From contig CAJWLU010000003.1 of the NCBI GenBank assembly GCA_913043225.1, forward strand, positions 128,001 to 192,000: a DNA stretch of 64,000 nt, read 5' to 3'. Under the pieces are notes generated by a model. The model had not been told where the DNA came from, did no database searches, and saw only the letters and a program-made list of their open reading frames with translations. A program made the position numbers and the translations under genes. This document shows positions 9,826 through 19,332 of this stretch, one piece after another; the first letter of the stretch is position 1; every line of letters starts with the position of its first letter. Source of the stretch: an uncultured Acidobacteriota bacterium. Lineage in GTDB: Bacteria > Acidobacteriota > Vicinamibacteria > Vicinamibacterales > UBA8438.

Positions 9826-10362
9826 GTGCCTTCACAGGTTGGCCTTCCCGCAACGTCTTTTGCGCTCAAAGACACCCAGGGGCGCGAGCATCGGCTTTCG
9901 GACTATCGAGGCCGGTGGGTGCTCCTGGTCCTGCACCGGCACTTGTTCTGACTTCCGTGTCGACGACACCTGTCGCAGTTGCGGCAGGCGAACCCGGAGC
10001 TCGAGCGGCTCGGGATCGACCCGTTGGTCGTGACGTTCGAGAGGGCGAGCGAGGCAGTCGAGTATCGGGTCGAGACGGCCATCCCCTGGCCGGTGTTGTC
10101 CGACCCCGAGCGACGGTTGTACGTCGCCTACGGCATGGAGCGCGCCCTTTGGCGTGACCTGTGGGGCGTGGCGACGATGCGTGCCTATGCGCGAGAAGCT
10201 TGGCAGGGACATTTTCCCCGCATTCCCCGTACCGACACGGGGCAGCAGGGAGGCAACGTCCTGATCGACCCTGGAGGGATCGTCCGGTTTCACCATGTTG
10301 GTCGTGGACCGGCAGATCGACCATCGGTTGATGCGCTCCTTGAGGTGCCACGCCGGGCGTAA
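9826..10362 (+). CDS. Selenocysteine-containing peroxiredoxin-like (AhpC/TSA, SelU/SelL-like) redoxin
   Basis: GGAGG RBS and GTG 9826. Reads FALKDTQGREHRLSDYRGRWVLLVLHRHLF-U(TGA 9949-9951)-LPCRRHLSQLRQ, continuing in frame into ORF 9979..10362 (LSDPERRLY, QQGGNVLID). Confidence 0.85.
9969..9988 (+). promoter_or_regulatory. Putative bacterial SECIS hairpin
   Basis: CCTGTCGC-agtt-GCGGCAGG stem-loop starts 17 nt after the in-frame TGA and has a GT in the apical loop. Confidence 0.65.
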
Positions 10363-10406
10363 CCGCTTTGTCGTATGCTGCCGCCTGAGTGGGGCAGGAG
10401 CTCTCC

Positions 10407-10505
10407 GTGGCGCTCCGCTGTCTTCCTGGATGCGCCGTCACGTTAGGAGTAACTTGGACGGGTGACGGGGTGAACTTCGCCCTGTTCTCGAGCGCGACGC
10501 GCAGC
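10407..10505 (+). pseudogene. glgX: 5' remnant of glycogen debranching enzyme
   Basis: AGGAG RBS, then GTG-ALRCLPGCAVTLGVTWTGDGVNFALFSSATR, matching the GlgX N-terminus (PGxPYPLGATWDGxGVNFALFS). The rest of the gene is absent. Confidence 0.75.
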
Positions 10506-10538
10506 GGTTCACCGTCTCGGATGGCGTCGTGGCGGCCC

Positions 10539-12764
10539 TCACGGTCGGCCGAAGACGCCGTACCAGACCCGGGCCTCTTTCTTCCGCGTGAACCGCTCGA
10601 CCAGTGCCAGTCCCGCCGCCTCGAGCGCGGTCAGCACGCCGGCCTCACATTCCGGATCCACTTCGATCAGCACGCTTCGCAGTCCCGGGTCTCGGAGGAC
10701 CTCGGCGGCACCGGTGAGCAAACGGTCCTCAACACCGTCGACGTCGATCTTCATCAGCGTGGGTCGGGGCAGACCAAAGGTTGACACCACTTGGTCGAGT
10801 GGGGCCGCTAGCATCGGTTGCCAGCGTCCTCGGGTCAGCGCCGTTGCGCTTCCCGGCGTCCAGTTCTCGGTGTCGAACCGGTGCCGGCTTTGCCCGGGTT
10901 CCACGGATTTGTAACCGAAGAGCTGCAGGCCAGCCTTGTCCGACAGCGGCAGCGGGACCGGCACGATCCGCCCGGCGAACCGGTTGAGCTGGATGTTCTC
11001 GCAGAGGCGGGCGAACGTGTTGTAGCCAGGTTCGAAAGCGACGACCGTGCCGGCGTCACCGAGATTCGCGGCTCCGATCAACGAGAACACCCCGACGTTG
11101 GCCCCGATGTCGTAGAGCACGTCCCCCGAACTGACCTCACGGTCGAGCCAGGCGACGGTCCACGGCTCCTTCTTACCCGGGTCTCTTCGCCATTTCTGTT
11201 CCGCGTCGGTGCTGACCAGGATGTGGAGTTTCGCACCCTCGTAGACCACCCGCTCCCGGCGCGGCCCGGCCACGGTGGCGTCTGGCGAGGCCTCTCTTGG
11301 CGCGTTCTCCGATGGTGCGGCGAGACGACGTCTAACCCGGCCAAGCTTCCGACCGACCTGTTGGGCCGCCCGTTCCATCCAGCCGATTCGCTCCGCGGAG
11401 GCAGCGAACGAGACGAGGGCGTCGGCGAGCTGGGGCGAGACCGGCCGATCGGCCCCACGTGGACGGACGAACCGCTCGACGAATGCCGACGGGTGCGGTG
11501 CCGCCTGGTCTGGGCCGAGGCCTCGGCTGAGCTGGCCGACATGCTCTTCGAGCGTGGCGGCGTGCTCGACGAAGCCCCCCTGGTCCGCCAGCAGGTAGCG
11601 ATAGTGGGTCGAGCCTGCCTGCCCCGGGGCGTCCGCGCCCGCATCGATCGTGTAGACGGGTGTGCCCAGTATGCCCGCTTCGAGCTCCGCGCTGGTGTTC
11701 AGCCCGATGGCCACGTCCGCGTGTTTCAGCACGTCATAGAGTGATTGGTCGGCCTGGACGGATCTCGCGCGGGCCAGGGCTATCCCGGAACCGGGGGGTG
11801 TGTCGAGCTGGCTCCAGACGCCACGTTCGCGTGGATGGGGTCGCACCAGCACCTGGAGTTCACGCACCATCGGATCGCCGGAGTTCCTGACGGCGTCGAG
11901 CCAGCGGGCGGTGAATGTGGGCTCGTTCGGCGCAACGTGCGGTGACGAGGCCAGATAGACGGCCAGTCGACGCGATGGGTCGAGCCCGTGGTTGCGGCAG
12001 AGCGTCTCGCGGTCGATCGACGGAGACATTCGATAGAACGCATCGAAACGTGGCGCGCCGATCGGCACCACTGCGTCCTTGTGCGCGCCGTGCAGTTCCA
12101 CGGCCTCCCGCCGCTGTAGCTCGTTCCAGACAAAGACCCGGTCTGGGATCGCGTGGATCAGCCCCTTGTTGCTGAGGTTGTCCCAGCTGAACACCAGGAC
12201 CGCCGACGGGATTTTGAGCGCCCGCGCCGCCTTCACGTATTCGGCCTGGCGCCCCCCGAAGTTCACCAGCGGGGTGACCAGCAGGAGGTCCGGTCGCTGG
12301 TCCCTAAGGAACCGCATGTAGTGTTCGTCGGCCGGGACGAGCGACTCGAGCTGACTGAAAGTGTGTCGGAGTCGGGTGACCGCCGGGTCGGTCAATCGGA
12401 GGAGCAGATCTGGCGTATCGGCCGGGAGGGTCAGGGTGTCGTCAGAGATCGACCCGAGGAGCCGTGTCAGGGCACGATGACGGTTCGCCGTTGCGTCCCA
12501 CAGTGGAGGCTCGTGATAACGCAGGTAGTCCCGGATCAGGCGAAGGACACCTAGGGTGGCCTTGAGCCCGTCGTCGCGCCCGGCCGCCGCGCGGATTACT
12601 TGGCAGCGGTCGAGGCGCGCCAGCCGTTCGGGCAGGCCCTCCACCTTGTTCGTTGGCTTGGCTTGCGCTAGAACCACCTCATGGCCGGCACTGACCAGAT
12701 GTTCCACAACCTCGTCGAAATGCCGGACGAGACCGAGCCCTTTGAGGATGAACAGGATGCGCAT
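10539..12764 (-). CDS. GT-B-fold polysaccharide-biosynthesis protein fused to an FkbM family methyltransferase
   Basis: N-terminal SWDNLSNKG, GAPRFD, VRPHP, NTSAELEAG; C-terminal YDIGANVG, AFEP, MKIDVDG. Confidence 0.85.
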   Translation of the reverse strand: MRILFILKGLGLVRHFDEVVEHLVSAGHEVVLAQAKPTNKVEGLPERLARLDRCQVIRAAAGRDDGLKATLGVLRLIRDYLRYHEPPLWDATANRHRALTRLLGSISDDTLTLPADTPDLLLRLTDPAVTRLRHTFSQLESLVPADEHYMRFLRDQRPDLLLVTPLVNFGGRQAEYVKAARALKIPSAVLVFSWDNLSNKGLIHAIPDRVFVWNELQRREAVELHGAHKDAVVPIGAPRFDAFYRMSPSIDRETLCRNHGLDPSRRLAVYLASSPHVAPNEPTFTARWLDAVRNSGDPMVRELQVLVRPHPRERGVWSQLDTPPGSGIALARARSVQADQSLYDVLKHADVAIGLNTSAELEAGILGTPVYTIDAGADAPGQAGSTHYRYLLADQGGFVEHAATLEEHVGQLSRGLGPDQAAPHPSAFVERFVRPRGADRPVSPQLADALVSFAASAERIGWMERAAQQVGRKLGRVRRRLAAPSENAPREASPDATVAGPRRERVVYEGAKLHILVSTDAEQKWRRDPGKKEPWTVAWLDREVSSGDVLYDIGANVGVFSLIGAANLGDAGTVVAFEPGYNTFARLCENIQLNRFAGRIVPVPLPLSDKAGLQLFGYKSVEPGQSRHRFDTENWTPGSATALTRGRWQPMLAAPLDQVVSTFGLPRPTLMKIDVDGVEDRLLTGAAEVLRDPGLRSVLIEVDPECEAGVLTALEAAGLALVERFTRKKEARVWYGVFGRP

Positions 12765-12954
12765 GGGCGTGTCGGGAGGGAGAGTATCGCATATTGCCAG
12801 GGCTGCCCCGGGTGGCCCGCGCCGCTGGCGTAGGCCAGTTTAGGGATTAGGATCTGACCTATGTCCTCCTCCGGATCCCCGCCCGATCCCCGTTGCCGGC
12901 GTCAGCTGGAGTTTCTCCTGCTGCGGCCAGGTCAGCGTGGATTGGGGTAAGACC

Positions 12955-14184
12955 ATGCACAGACGTGAGTTCCTCGCGGCGCTTCCGTGGACGAGCGTGT
13001 GGCCCTATGCTTCGAGTCTCACGACCTCGGGGCTTCCGATGGGTACCGGCCGGTTGCTACAACGGGCGGCTGCGGCCAGTCCCCGCCTCCGCATCACCGA
13101 GATGGAGCTGATCCCGGTGCGGGTCACGGGCCGGACCACCTGGCTCAACCTGCGCCTGACGACGAATCAGGGGCTGACCGGGCTGGGTGAGGCGTCGCTG
13201 GGCCGCCGGACGGAGTTGCCGGATCTCGCTGACTGCTTCGCGCTGGTGCGCGGCGAGTCGCCGTTCCGCATCGAGCAGTATCGCCAGCGTGGCTGGGCCC
13301 GAGCCTCGGCCGGTGATCGGGTGCGGGCGACCGCCTTTAGCGCCATCGAGCAGGCGCTCTGGGATCTTGTTGGCAAGGCGCTGGGGGCGTCGGTGAGCGA
13401 CCTGTTCGGTGGCCGGCTCCGCGACCGGCTCGGCGTCTACGCCAACATCAACCGGGCGACAAGTGACCGGACGCCCGAGGGGTTCGCCGCCAATGCGGCC
13501 GCGGCCGCCGAGGAGGGGTTCTCCAGCGTCAAGGCGGCTCCGTTCGACGGTTTCCCCGCGCTCACCCAACCGACCGCCGAGGTCCAGGCGGCCGCCGACC
13601 TTGGGGTGGCCTGTGTGGCGGCGATGCGCGAGGCGGGTGGCGACCAGCTTGCCATCAAGATCGACGCTCACAGCTTCTTCGATGTGCCGCTGTCAATCGA
13701 GATCGCCCGGCGTCTGGAGCCCTACGCGCTGTCCTGGTACGAGGAGCCGATTCCCCCAACCAGGGTGGCTGATACCAGGGCCATCAAGGAGGCGATCTCC
13801 CAGACCATGGCTGGTGGCGAGTTCCTGTTCGGGATGGAGGGATTCGCCCTGCTCTGCCAGCAGCAGGCTGTGGACATCGTGATGCCTGACGTGAAGCACT
13901 GTGGCGGGCTGATCGAGGCCCGGCGGATCGCGGCATTGGCCGACCTGCACGGCGTGCTGGTGTCGCCGCACAATCCGAGCGGTCCTGTGTCGACCGCGGT
14001 GAGTGTCCAGCTGTGCGCGGCGATGGGCAACTTCGACTTGCTCGAGTATCAGTGGGGTGAGGTCGCTTGGCGTGGTGAGCTGGTCGATCCGCCGGAGCGC
14101 TTCGTTGACGGGACCATAGCCGTGGCCGACGGTCCTGGCTTCGGCATCGAGTTAAACGACGCTCTGGCGCGCGAGCATGCCTGA
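12955..14184 (+). CDS. Mandelate racemase/galactonate dehydratase-like enolase-superfamily enzyme with Tat signal
   Basis: MHRREFLAA Tat motif; SAIEQALWDLVGK, KxAPFDG, IDAH, WYEEP, GGE, MPDVKHCGG, PHNPSGPVST. Confidence 0.88.
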   Translation: MHRREFLAALPWTSVWPYASSLTTSGLPMGTGRLLQRAAAASPRLRITEMELIPVRVTGRTTWLNLRLTTNQGLTGLGEASLGRRTELPDLADCFALVRGESPFRIEQYRQRGWARASAGDRVRATAFSAIEQALWDLVGKALGASVSDLFGGRLRDRLGVYANINRATSDRTPEGFAANAAAAAEEGFSSVKAAPFDGFPALTQPTAEVQAAADLGVACVAAMREAGGDQLAIKIDAHSFFDVPLSIEIARRLEPYALSWYEEPIPPTRVADTRAIKEAISQTMAGGEFLFGMEGFALLCQQQAVDIVMPDVKHCGGLIEARRIAALADLHGVLVSPHNPSGPVSTAVSVQLCAAMGNFDLLEYQWGEVAWRGELVDPPERFVDGTIAVADGPGFGIELNDALAREHA

Positions 14185-14491
14185 GTCGATGGACGCACCA
14201 CGCCAATCCTCCTGGCCTCGTGACCACCCCCTCGTCGTTCAGACGCTCGCGCTGACGCCACTCGTGTTCCGGCTCCTTGGCCCAGCGCTCGGGGTGTACG
14301 TGCTGGTGAGCTTGCTCGTGCCGTTGAGCGGCGGCGAGCTCGAGGGGATCGGCTGCTACACGTTCGTCCTCTTCCCGCTCGTCATGGCGGTGGCGACCAT
14401 CTATTCCCCTCGCTTCCGAGATGTCATCGCCTCTGCGTTATTTCTGGCGCTGTCCTCCGGCCTGTTCGTGACCGCTCACCGGACCTACTGA
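14177..14491 (+). CDS. Small integral membrane protein (3 predicted TM helices)
   Basis: Hydrophobic 104-aa ORF overlapping the upstream stop. No family recognised. Confidence 0.5.
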   Translation: MPESMDAPRQSSWPRDHPLVVQTLALTPLVFRLLGPALGVYVLVSLLVPLSGGELEGIGCYTFVLFPLVMAVATIYSPRFRDVIASALFLALSSGLFVTAHRTY

Positions 14492-14698
14492 GTCTCGCCT
14501 CCGTCCCGTCGGCCCGGTGCGGCTCCGGTACCCCGAGCGTACCTTAGTCCGGTGGTCAGCTCGAGCCTCGACCTAGTGTCTGCTTTCCTGCCGTTCCGCG
14601 AGAGGCGGTCCCGCGGGTGGGCCCGGGCGAGTGTTCGTTACCGGCGCCTCTTGTTCCACCGAGAGCTCCCGCCATTCGGTCGAGTGGCCTCCCAGAGG

Positions 14699-14765
14699 TT
14701 GACATCGATCCAACCTTAGATTTTGATATACAGAAATATTTATTATATGACCTAAAATTAATAAG
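14699..14765 (+). promoter_or_regulatory. AT-rich promoter region of the porin operon, possible metal-regulator site
   Basis: TTGACA at 14699 and a strongly AT-rich island. TTATATGACCTAAAATT resembles DtxR/MntR-family half-sites (imperfect). Confidence 0.45.
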
Positions 14766-14767
14766 TC

Positions 14768-16105
14768 GTGATCACTAGAAACTGCTGCTGGTTGGGATGC
14801 TGCGTCGTTGCGTGGCTGATCTCTGTATCGCCGGGCTTTGCCGAGGGTGTCCCCGTGGCCTCATCAGCAGCGTTCGGCCGGTTGACCGAATGGGCCGAGG
14901 GCGGGTGGCAGTTAATTCCACGTCTGCCGTGGTACCGGGAGACGCCCCGACTGGTAACACCGCGGCCGGTGAACCGCCCGCTGCGGGCTGGGCGACTGCC
15001 GGCGCTCGGCGAGACCCGTTTCGCCCAGCAGGACCCCCCAGCCGGCACTTCCGGATCGACGACATCGGTCTTCGGCGGTATCTCCGGCTACATGGACTTC
15101 CATTTCAACGACCGACAGTACGAAGATCCGCAGATCGACTTCCACCGATTTGTCCTGTTGTTCACCCACAGCTTCTCGGATCGGGTGCGGTTCGTGTCTG
15201 AGCTGGAGCTGGAACACGCGTTCGTCGAGGGCCTGGAGGAGGCGGGCGAGCTGGAGCTGGAGCAAGCCTTCATCGATTTCCTTGTCTCGCGCGAGCTGAA
15301 CCTTCGCGCTGGCATGCTTCTGGTGCCGGTGGGCATCATTAACGAGCGACACGAGCCGCCGGTGTACCACGGGGTGGAGCGACCGTTCGTCGACACGGTC
15401 ATCGTGCCAAGCACCTGGTTCGAGGCAGGTGCTGGCATCCACGGAGAGCTTTGGCGGGGCTTCCGTTATCGCACCTACGTGATGGCACCGCTCGACGCGT
15501 CTGGATTTGACGCCGAGGAAGGACTCCGCGGCGGTCGGCAAAAGGGCTCACAAGCCAACTTCCGCAACGTGGCGACGACCGGCCGCATCGAGTATGTCGG
15601 GATCCCCGGCCTCTGGGCTGGGGCGAGCTTCTGGCGGGCTAAGACCGGGTTCAACTTCCCTCGCGTCGAGAGTCAGGTCACCCTGGGCGAGGTCGACGCC
15701 CGCTATCGGGTCGGCGAGCTCGAGACCCGGGCTCAGTATGCCCACGTCTGGCTGGACGGCATGGGTGAGCTGAACCGTACGCTGCAGCGTACCATTGGCG
15801 TCGGCCCGAACGTGGCGCGTCAGATTCGTGGGTTCTACCTCGAGGCGTCCTACTTCGTCTCGCCGCGGCCGGCGCCACGTGAGGCGGCGGTGTTTGTGCG
15901 TTACGAGAATTTCGATACGCAGTACAAGATGCCAAGCGGCTTCTCGCCGTTGCCGCAGTTTGACCGAGACGCGTGGGTATTCGGCCTGTCGTACTACCCG
16001 GATCCGGACGTTGTGGTGAAGGTGGACTACTCTGTTGTGAACAGCCAGAGCACCGTGACGGACGAGCCCAACTCGTTCAATGTCGGTCTTGGCTGGTGGT
16101 TTTGA
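14768..16105 (+). CDS. Outer-membrane porin (OprO/P-like, iron-uptake-associated type)
   Basis: DFHRFVLLF, SELELEH, GELELEQAFID, VGIINERHEPPVYHGVERP; C-terminal GLGWWF beta signal. Confidence 0.85.
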   Translation: MITRNCCWLGCCVVAWLISVSPGFAEGVPVASSAAFGRLTEWAEGGWQLIPRLPWYRETPRLVTPRPVNRPLRAGRLPALGETRFAQQDPPAGTSGSTTSVFGGISGYMDFHFNDRQYEDPQIDFHRFVLLFTHSFSDRVRFVSELELEHAFVEGLEEAGELELEQAFIDFLVSRELNLRAGMLLVPVGIINERHEPPVYHGVERPFVDTVIVPSTWFEAGAGIHGELWRGFRYRTYVMAPLDASGFDAEEGLRGGRQKGSQANFRNVATTGRIEYVGIPGLWAGASFWRAKTGFNFPRVESQVTLGEVDARYRVGELETRAQYAHVWLDGMGELNRTLQRTIGVGPNVARQIRGFYLEASYFVSPRPAPREAAVFVRYENFDTQYKMPSGFSPLPQFDRDAWVFGLSYYPDPDVVVKVDYSVVNSQSTVTDEPNSFNVGLGWWF

Positions 16106-16113
16106 GAGAGCAG

Positions 16114-16500
16114 ATGATCCAGCCCGGTTCTACCCGTCGCATCATCCTGACGTTGCTGCTGGCCGCGGCTTCGTCATCGCTTGGCGCGCAGTCCCGCGAG
16201 GTCGTCGAGATCATCGCCGAGCGATTCACGTTCACGCCGTCGAAGATTGAGGTCGAGGTTGGGACGATGGTTGAGATTCACCTTCGTAGCGAGGATACCG
16301 ACCATGGGTTTCGCCTGGCCGACGGTACCAACGTGATTATCCCGAAGCGACGCCATGGCGAGGCGGTGGTCGAGTTCGAGGCCGAGAGCCCCGGCACCTA
16401 CCGGTTCGAGTGCTCGAAGCTCTGTGGCGCCGGCCATCACTTTATGCAAGGCGAGATCGTGGTGACGCCGAGAGCCACTGATGCCAGCCTAGTTCGATGA
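16114..16500 (+). CDS. Periplasmic cupredoxin with CuA-type site
   Basis: Signal peptide; SEDTDHGF and FECSKLCGAGHHFMQG (CxxxCGxxHxxM). Confidence 0.88.
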   Translation: MIQPGSTRRIILTLLLAAASSSLGAQSREVVEIIAERFTFTPSKIEVEVGTMVEIHLRSEDTDHGFRLADGTNVIIPKRRHGEAVVEFEAESPGTYRFECSKLCGAGHHFMQGEIVVTPRATDASLVR

Positions 16501-17684
16501 TGCGTCCTCATTTCCTTTCGCTCGTCGTGTGCTTGGTCCTCGTCGGAGGATTGGCCGGAGCGCTCATCGCCCAGTCACCGCCGGTCCCAGGCGATCCGCT
16601 TCCGGGGCTGACGCCGGTGGAGTTTGAGCTCTTCGCCATGGGGCAGGACGATTTTCTCGAGGTTGAGGAGGCAGAGGAGGGGCTGGGGCCGGCCTACAAC
16701 GGCACAAGCTGTGGAGGCTGTCACAACGTCCCGGCGGTCGGTGGGATCTCGCCGGTGGCTGAGCTCCGTGCTGGGATGGTCGACGCCGAAGGCGTGTATC
16801 GGGATATCGATCCGGCCTCCGGTTCCCTGTTCCAGTTGTTCTCGATACCGACCCACGGGTGCCAAATCCGGATTCCGCCCGAGGCCAACGTCATCGCCCG
16901 CCGGGTGCCGATTCCGCTCTTCGGTGCCGGCCTGGTCGAGGCGATTCCCGACGAAACGCTGCTTGCGCTGGCGGATCCGCTCGACCTCGACCGCGACGGT
17001 GTCAGTGGGAGAGCCGGACTGGTGGAGGATCGTGCCAGTGGCGAGATCCGGGTGGGGCGCTTCGGCTGGAAGAGTCAGCACGCGACATTGCTCGTGTTCG
17101 GGGCTGATGCGTATCGAAACGAGATGGGGATCACAAGTGATCTCTTCCCCAAAGAACAGGCAAACGGGATCCCGCCAGAGCTAATGCGGTTGTGCGATCC
17201 GCTACCGGATCCGGAGGACGCGCCCGAGCCAGGCACGGGCCGTCGGGGTATCGAAAACTTCGCCTCGTTCATGCAGTTTCTAGCTCCCCTCGCCCGGGGT
17301 CCAGTTGACGACCAGGTGGTGATGGGGCAGCAGGTGTTTGACGACATTGGCTGTGACACGTGCCACGTGCCGATGCTGCAGACCGGTCCCAGTAGCAATC
17401 CGCTCTTCCATCGCCGCCCGGTGCATCTCTTCTCAGATCTCTTGCTTCACGACGTTGGTACCGGCGATGGCATTGGTCAGGGACCGGCCGCGCCGAATGA
17501 GCTACGCACGCCGGCGCTGTGGGGGCTGCGGTTCCGCCGTCCCCTCCTCCACGACGGCCGCGCAGCGACCGTGTCGGATGCTGTCGAGGCCCATGGGGTC
17601 GAGGCGACTGGAGCGCGCAGCGCCTACGACGGCCTGGATCCCGCCTCACGTGCCGCGCTGCTCGCCTTCCTCGTGTCTCTCTGA
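16497..17684 (+). CDS. Di-heme oxidoreductase (DHOR) family protein
   Basis: GLGPAYNGTSCGGCH, LFGAGLVEAIPD, GRFGWK, CDTCH, SDLLLHD, RTPALWG, LLHDGRA. ATGA overlap with the upstream gene. Confidence 0.9.
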   Translation: MMRPHFLSLVVCLVLVGGLAGALIAQSPPVPGDPLPGLTPVEFELFAMGQDDFLEVEEAEEGLGPAYNGTSCGGCHNVPAVGGISPVAELRAGMVDAEGVYRDIDPASGSLFQLFSIPTHGCQIRIPPEANVIARRVPIPLFGAGLVEAIPDETLLALADPLDLDRDGVSGRAGLVEDRASGEIRVGRFGWKSQHATLLVFGADAYRNEMGITSDLFPKEQANGIPPELMRLCDPLPDPEDAPEPGTGRRGIENFASFMQFLAPLARGPVDDQVVMGQQVFDDIGCDTCHVPMLQTGPSSNPLFHRRPVHLFSDLLLHDVGTGDGIGQGPAAPNELRTPALWGLRFRRPLLHDGRAATVSDAVEAHGVEATGARSAYDGLDPASRAALLAFLVSL

Positions 17685-17744
17685 GCGTTGTCCCGCCCCA
17701 GCCACTCACGTCCTCGCCGGCTCGCAGCGGATAATGGTCACCCC

Positions 17745-18146
17745 GTGACTACGATTGTGCCCGTCGTCGCTCTCTCCGCGAACAAGTCACTCGACTCTGG
17801 CGGTTCCGCCACGGTGACGCCGCTTGTCGACATGGCCCTGTACCATCACAGCGATGCCGGTGCGAGAGTGGTCAATCTCGGAGACATGCTGCAGATCTGG
17901 TTCACCGATCGCTACCGGGCGGCCGTGCACCGGGTGCGGCCTATTACCGGCCGATCCCGCTATTGCCTGCCGTTCTTCTTCAGCCCGACCTACGAGACAG
18001 ACGTTACCTCCCTTCTGACCGGCGAGGAGCAGCCGCCCGACCGCACCGTAGGCTGGGGCGCTTTCCGTCAGGCGCGGACCGATGGCGATTATGCGGACTA
18101 CGGTCACGAAATTCAGATGGCCGACTTTTGGCATGAGGAGCAGTGA
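17745..18146 (+). pseudogene. Internally deleted isopenicillin-N-synthase family 2OG-Fe(II) oxygenase
   Basis: IVPVVALS (N-terminus), HHSDAGA (HxD) and VVNLGDMLQIW..HRV..RYCLPFFFSP are joined in frame. Only about 130 aa remain. Confidence 0.75.
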
Positions 18147-19330
18147 TGGCTAGCGTGCTTGACGGCGTGCGCGTACTTGATTTCGGTCGGTACATCGCGG
18201 GCCCCTACTGTGCGGCGTTGCTCGGTGATCTTGGTGCCGACGTCATCCGCGTCGAGAAGGTCCAAGGGAGCGAAGATCGATTCCTGGTGCCGGTGAACGA
18301 CGCCGGTGACGGCGCGATGTACGCGCAGGTGAACCGGAACAAGAGAGGGCTCACCCTCAACCCGATCAAACCGTCAGGGCGGCTTGTGGTCCGGAAGCTG
18401 GTGGCCACCGCCGATATTGTGGTGGCGAATTTGCCCGACGCCGCACTCGAGGCGATGGCCCTTGACTACGCCTCGCTGACGGCGGTGAAGCCAGACATCA
18501 TCCTGACCACGGTGTCGGCTTTCGGCAACGGTGGACCCTATTCGGAGAAGGTCGGGTTCGATGGTATCGGTCAGGCGATGTCCGGATCGATGTATCTGTC
18601 CGGCGAGCCTGGTCAGCCCACCAAGAGCTACGTACCGTGGGTCGATTTCACTACTGCGCTCAGCGCCACCGTCGGGACCCTCGCGGCCGTGGTCGCGCGT
18701 CAGCGGACCGGGCTAGGACAGCATGTCCAGGGATCGCTGTTGGCTTCGGCCCTGACCATTGCGAATCCGACGCTCATCGAGCAGGCGGTGCACGCTCCGC
18801 ATCGGGTGGCGTCGCTGAACCGGAGCCAGGTCTCGGCCCCGTCCGATACGCATCGGACCAAGGATGGGTGGATCCTGGTGCAGACCATCGGCCAGCCGCT
18901 GTTCGAGCGCTGGGCGAACTTGATGGGCGAGCCGCACTGGCTCGACGATCCTCGGTTCGTCGATGATATGTCGCGGGGAGATCATGGCGCTGCTATCAGC
19001 GAACGGATGGCCGCTTGGTGTGCGGACCGGACGTCGGCTGAGGCACTCGACGCACTCGAGCAAGCGAGAATCCCGGCTGGTCCCGTGTACTCCCCCCAAC
19101 AGGCGCTCGATGACCCCCATGTCCAGGCGATCGAGTTCCTGAAGCCGGTGGTGTATCCCGGTGCGCCCGGCCCGGTGCCGGTGTCAGATACACCGTTCTC
19201 GATGTCCGCTAGTCGACCGGGCATCACCCAGCGTGCCCCCCAGCTGGGCGAGCACACGGACGAGATTCTGGACGAGCTGGGCTATTCGACTGACGAGGTC
19301 GCCGGTCTCCGCGGCGAACGGGTCGTCTAA
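18143..19330 (+). CDS. CaiB/BaiF family CoA-transferase
   Basis: LDGVRVLDFGRYIAGPYCAALLGDLGADVIRVE, NRNKR, GFDGIGQAMSG, APQLGEHT. Confidence 0.93.
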   Translation: MMASVLDGVRVLDFGRYIAGPYCAALLGDLGADVIRVEKVQGSEDRFLVPVNDAGDGAMYAQVNRNKRGLTLNPIKPSGRLVVRKLVATADIVVANLPDAALEAMALDYASLTAVKPDIILTTVSAFGNGGPYSEKVGFDGIGQAMSGSMYLSGEPGQPTKSYVPWVDFTTALSATVGTLAAVVARQRTGLGQHVQGSLLASALTIANPTLIEQAVHAPHRVASLNRSQVSAPSDTHRTKDGWILVQTIGQPLFERWANLMGEPHWLDDPRFVDDMSRGDHGAAISERMAAWCADRTSAEALDALEQARIPAGPVYSPQQALDDPHVQAIEFLKPVVYPGAPGPVPVSDTPFSMSASRPGITQRAPQLGEHTDEILDELGYSTDEVAGLRGERVV

Positions 19331-19332
19331 GG

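Noticed and set aside
16752..16763. 12-nt match (CCGGTGGCTGAG) between the structured RNA loop and the DHOR gene
   Set aside because: A match this short in GC-rich DNA is compatible with chance, so it is not evidence of a guide target.
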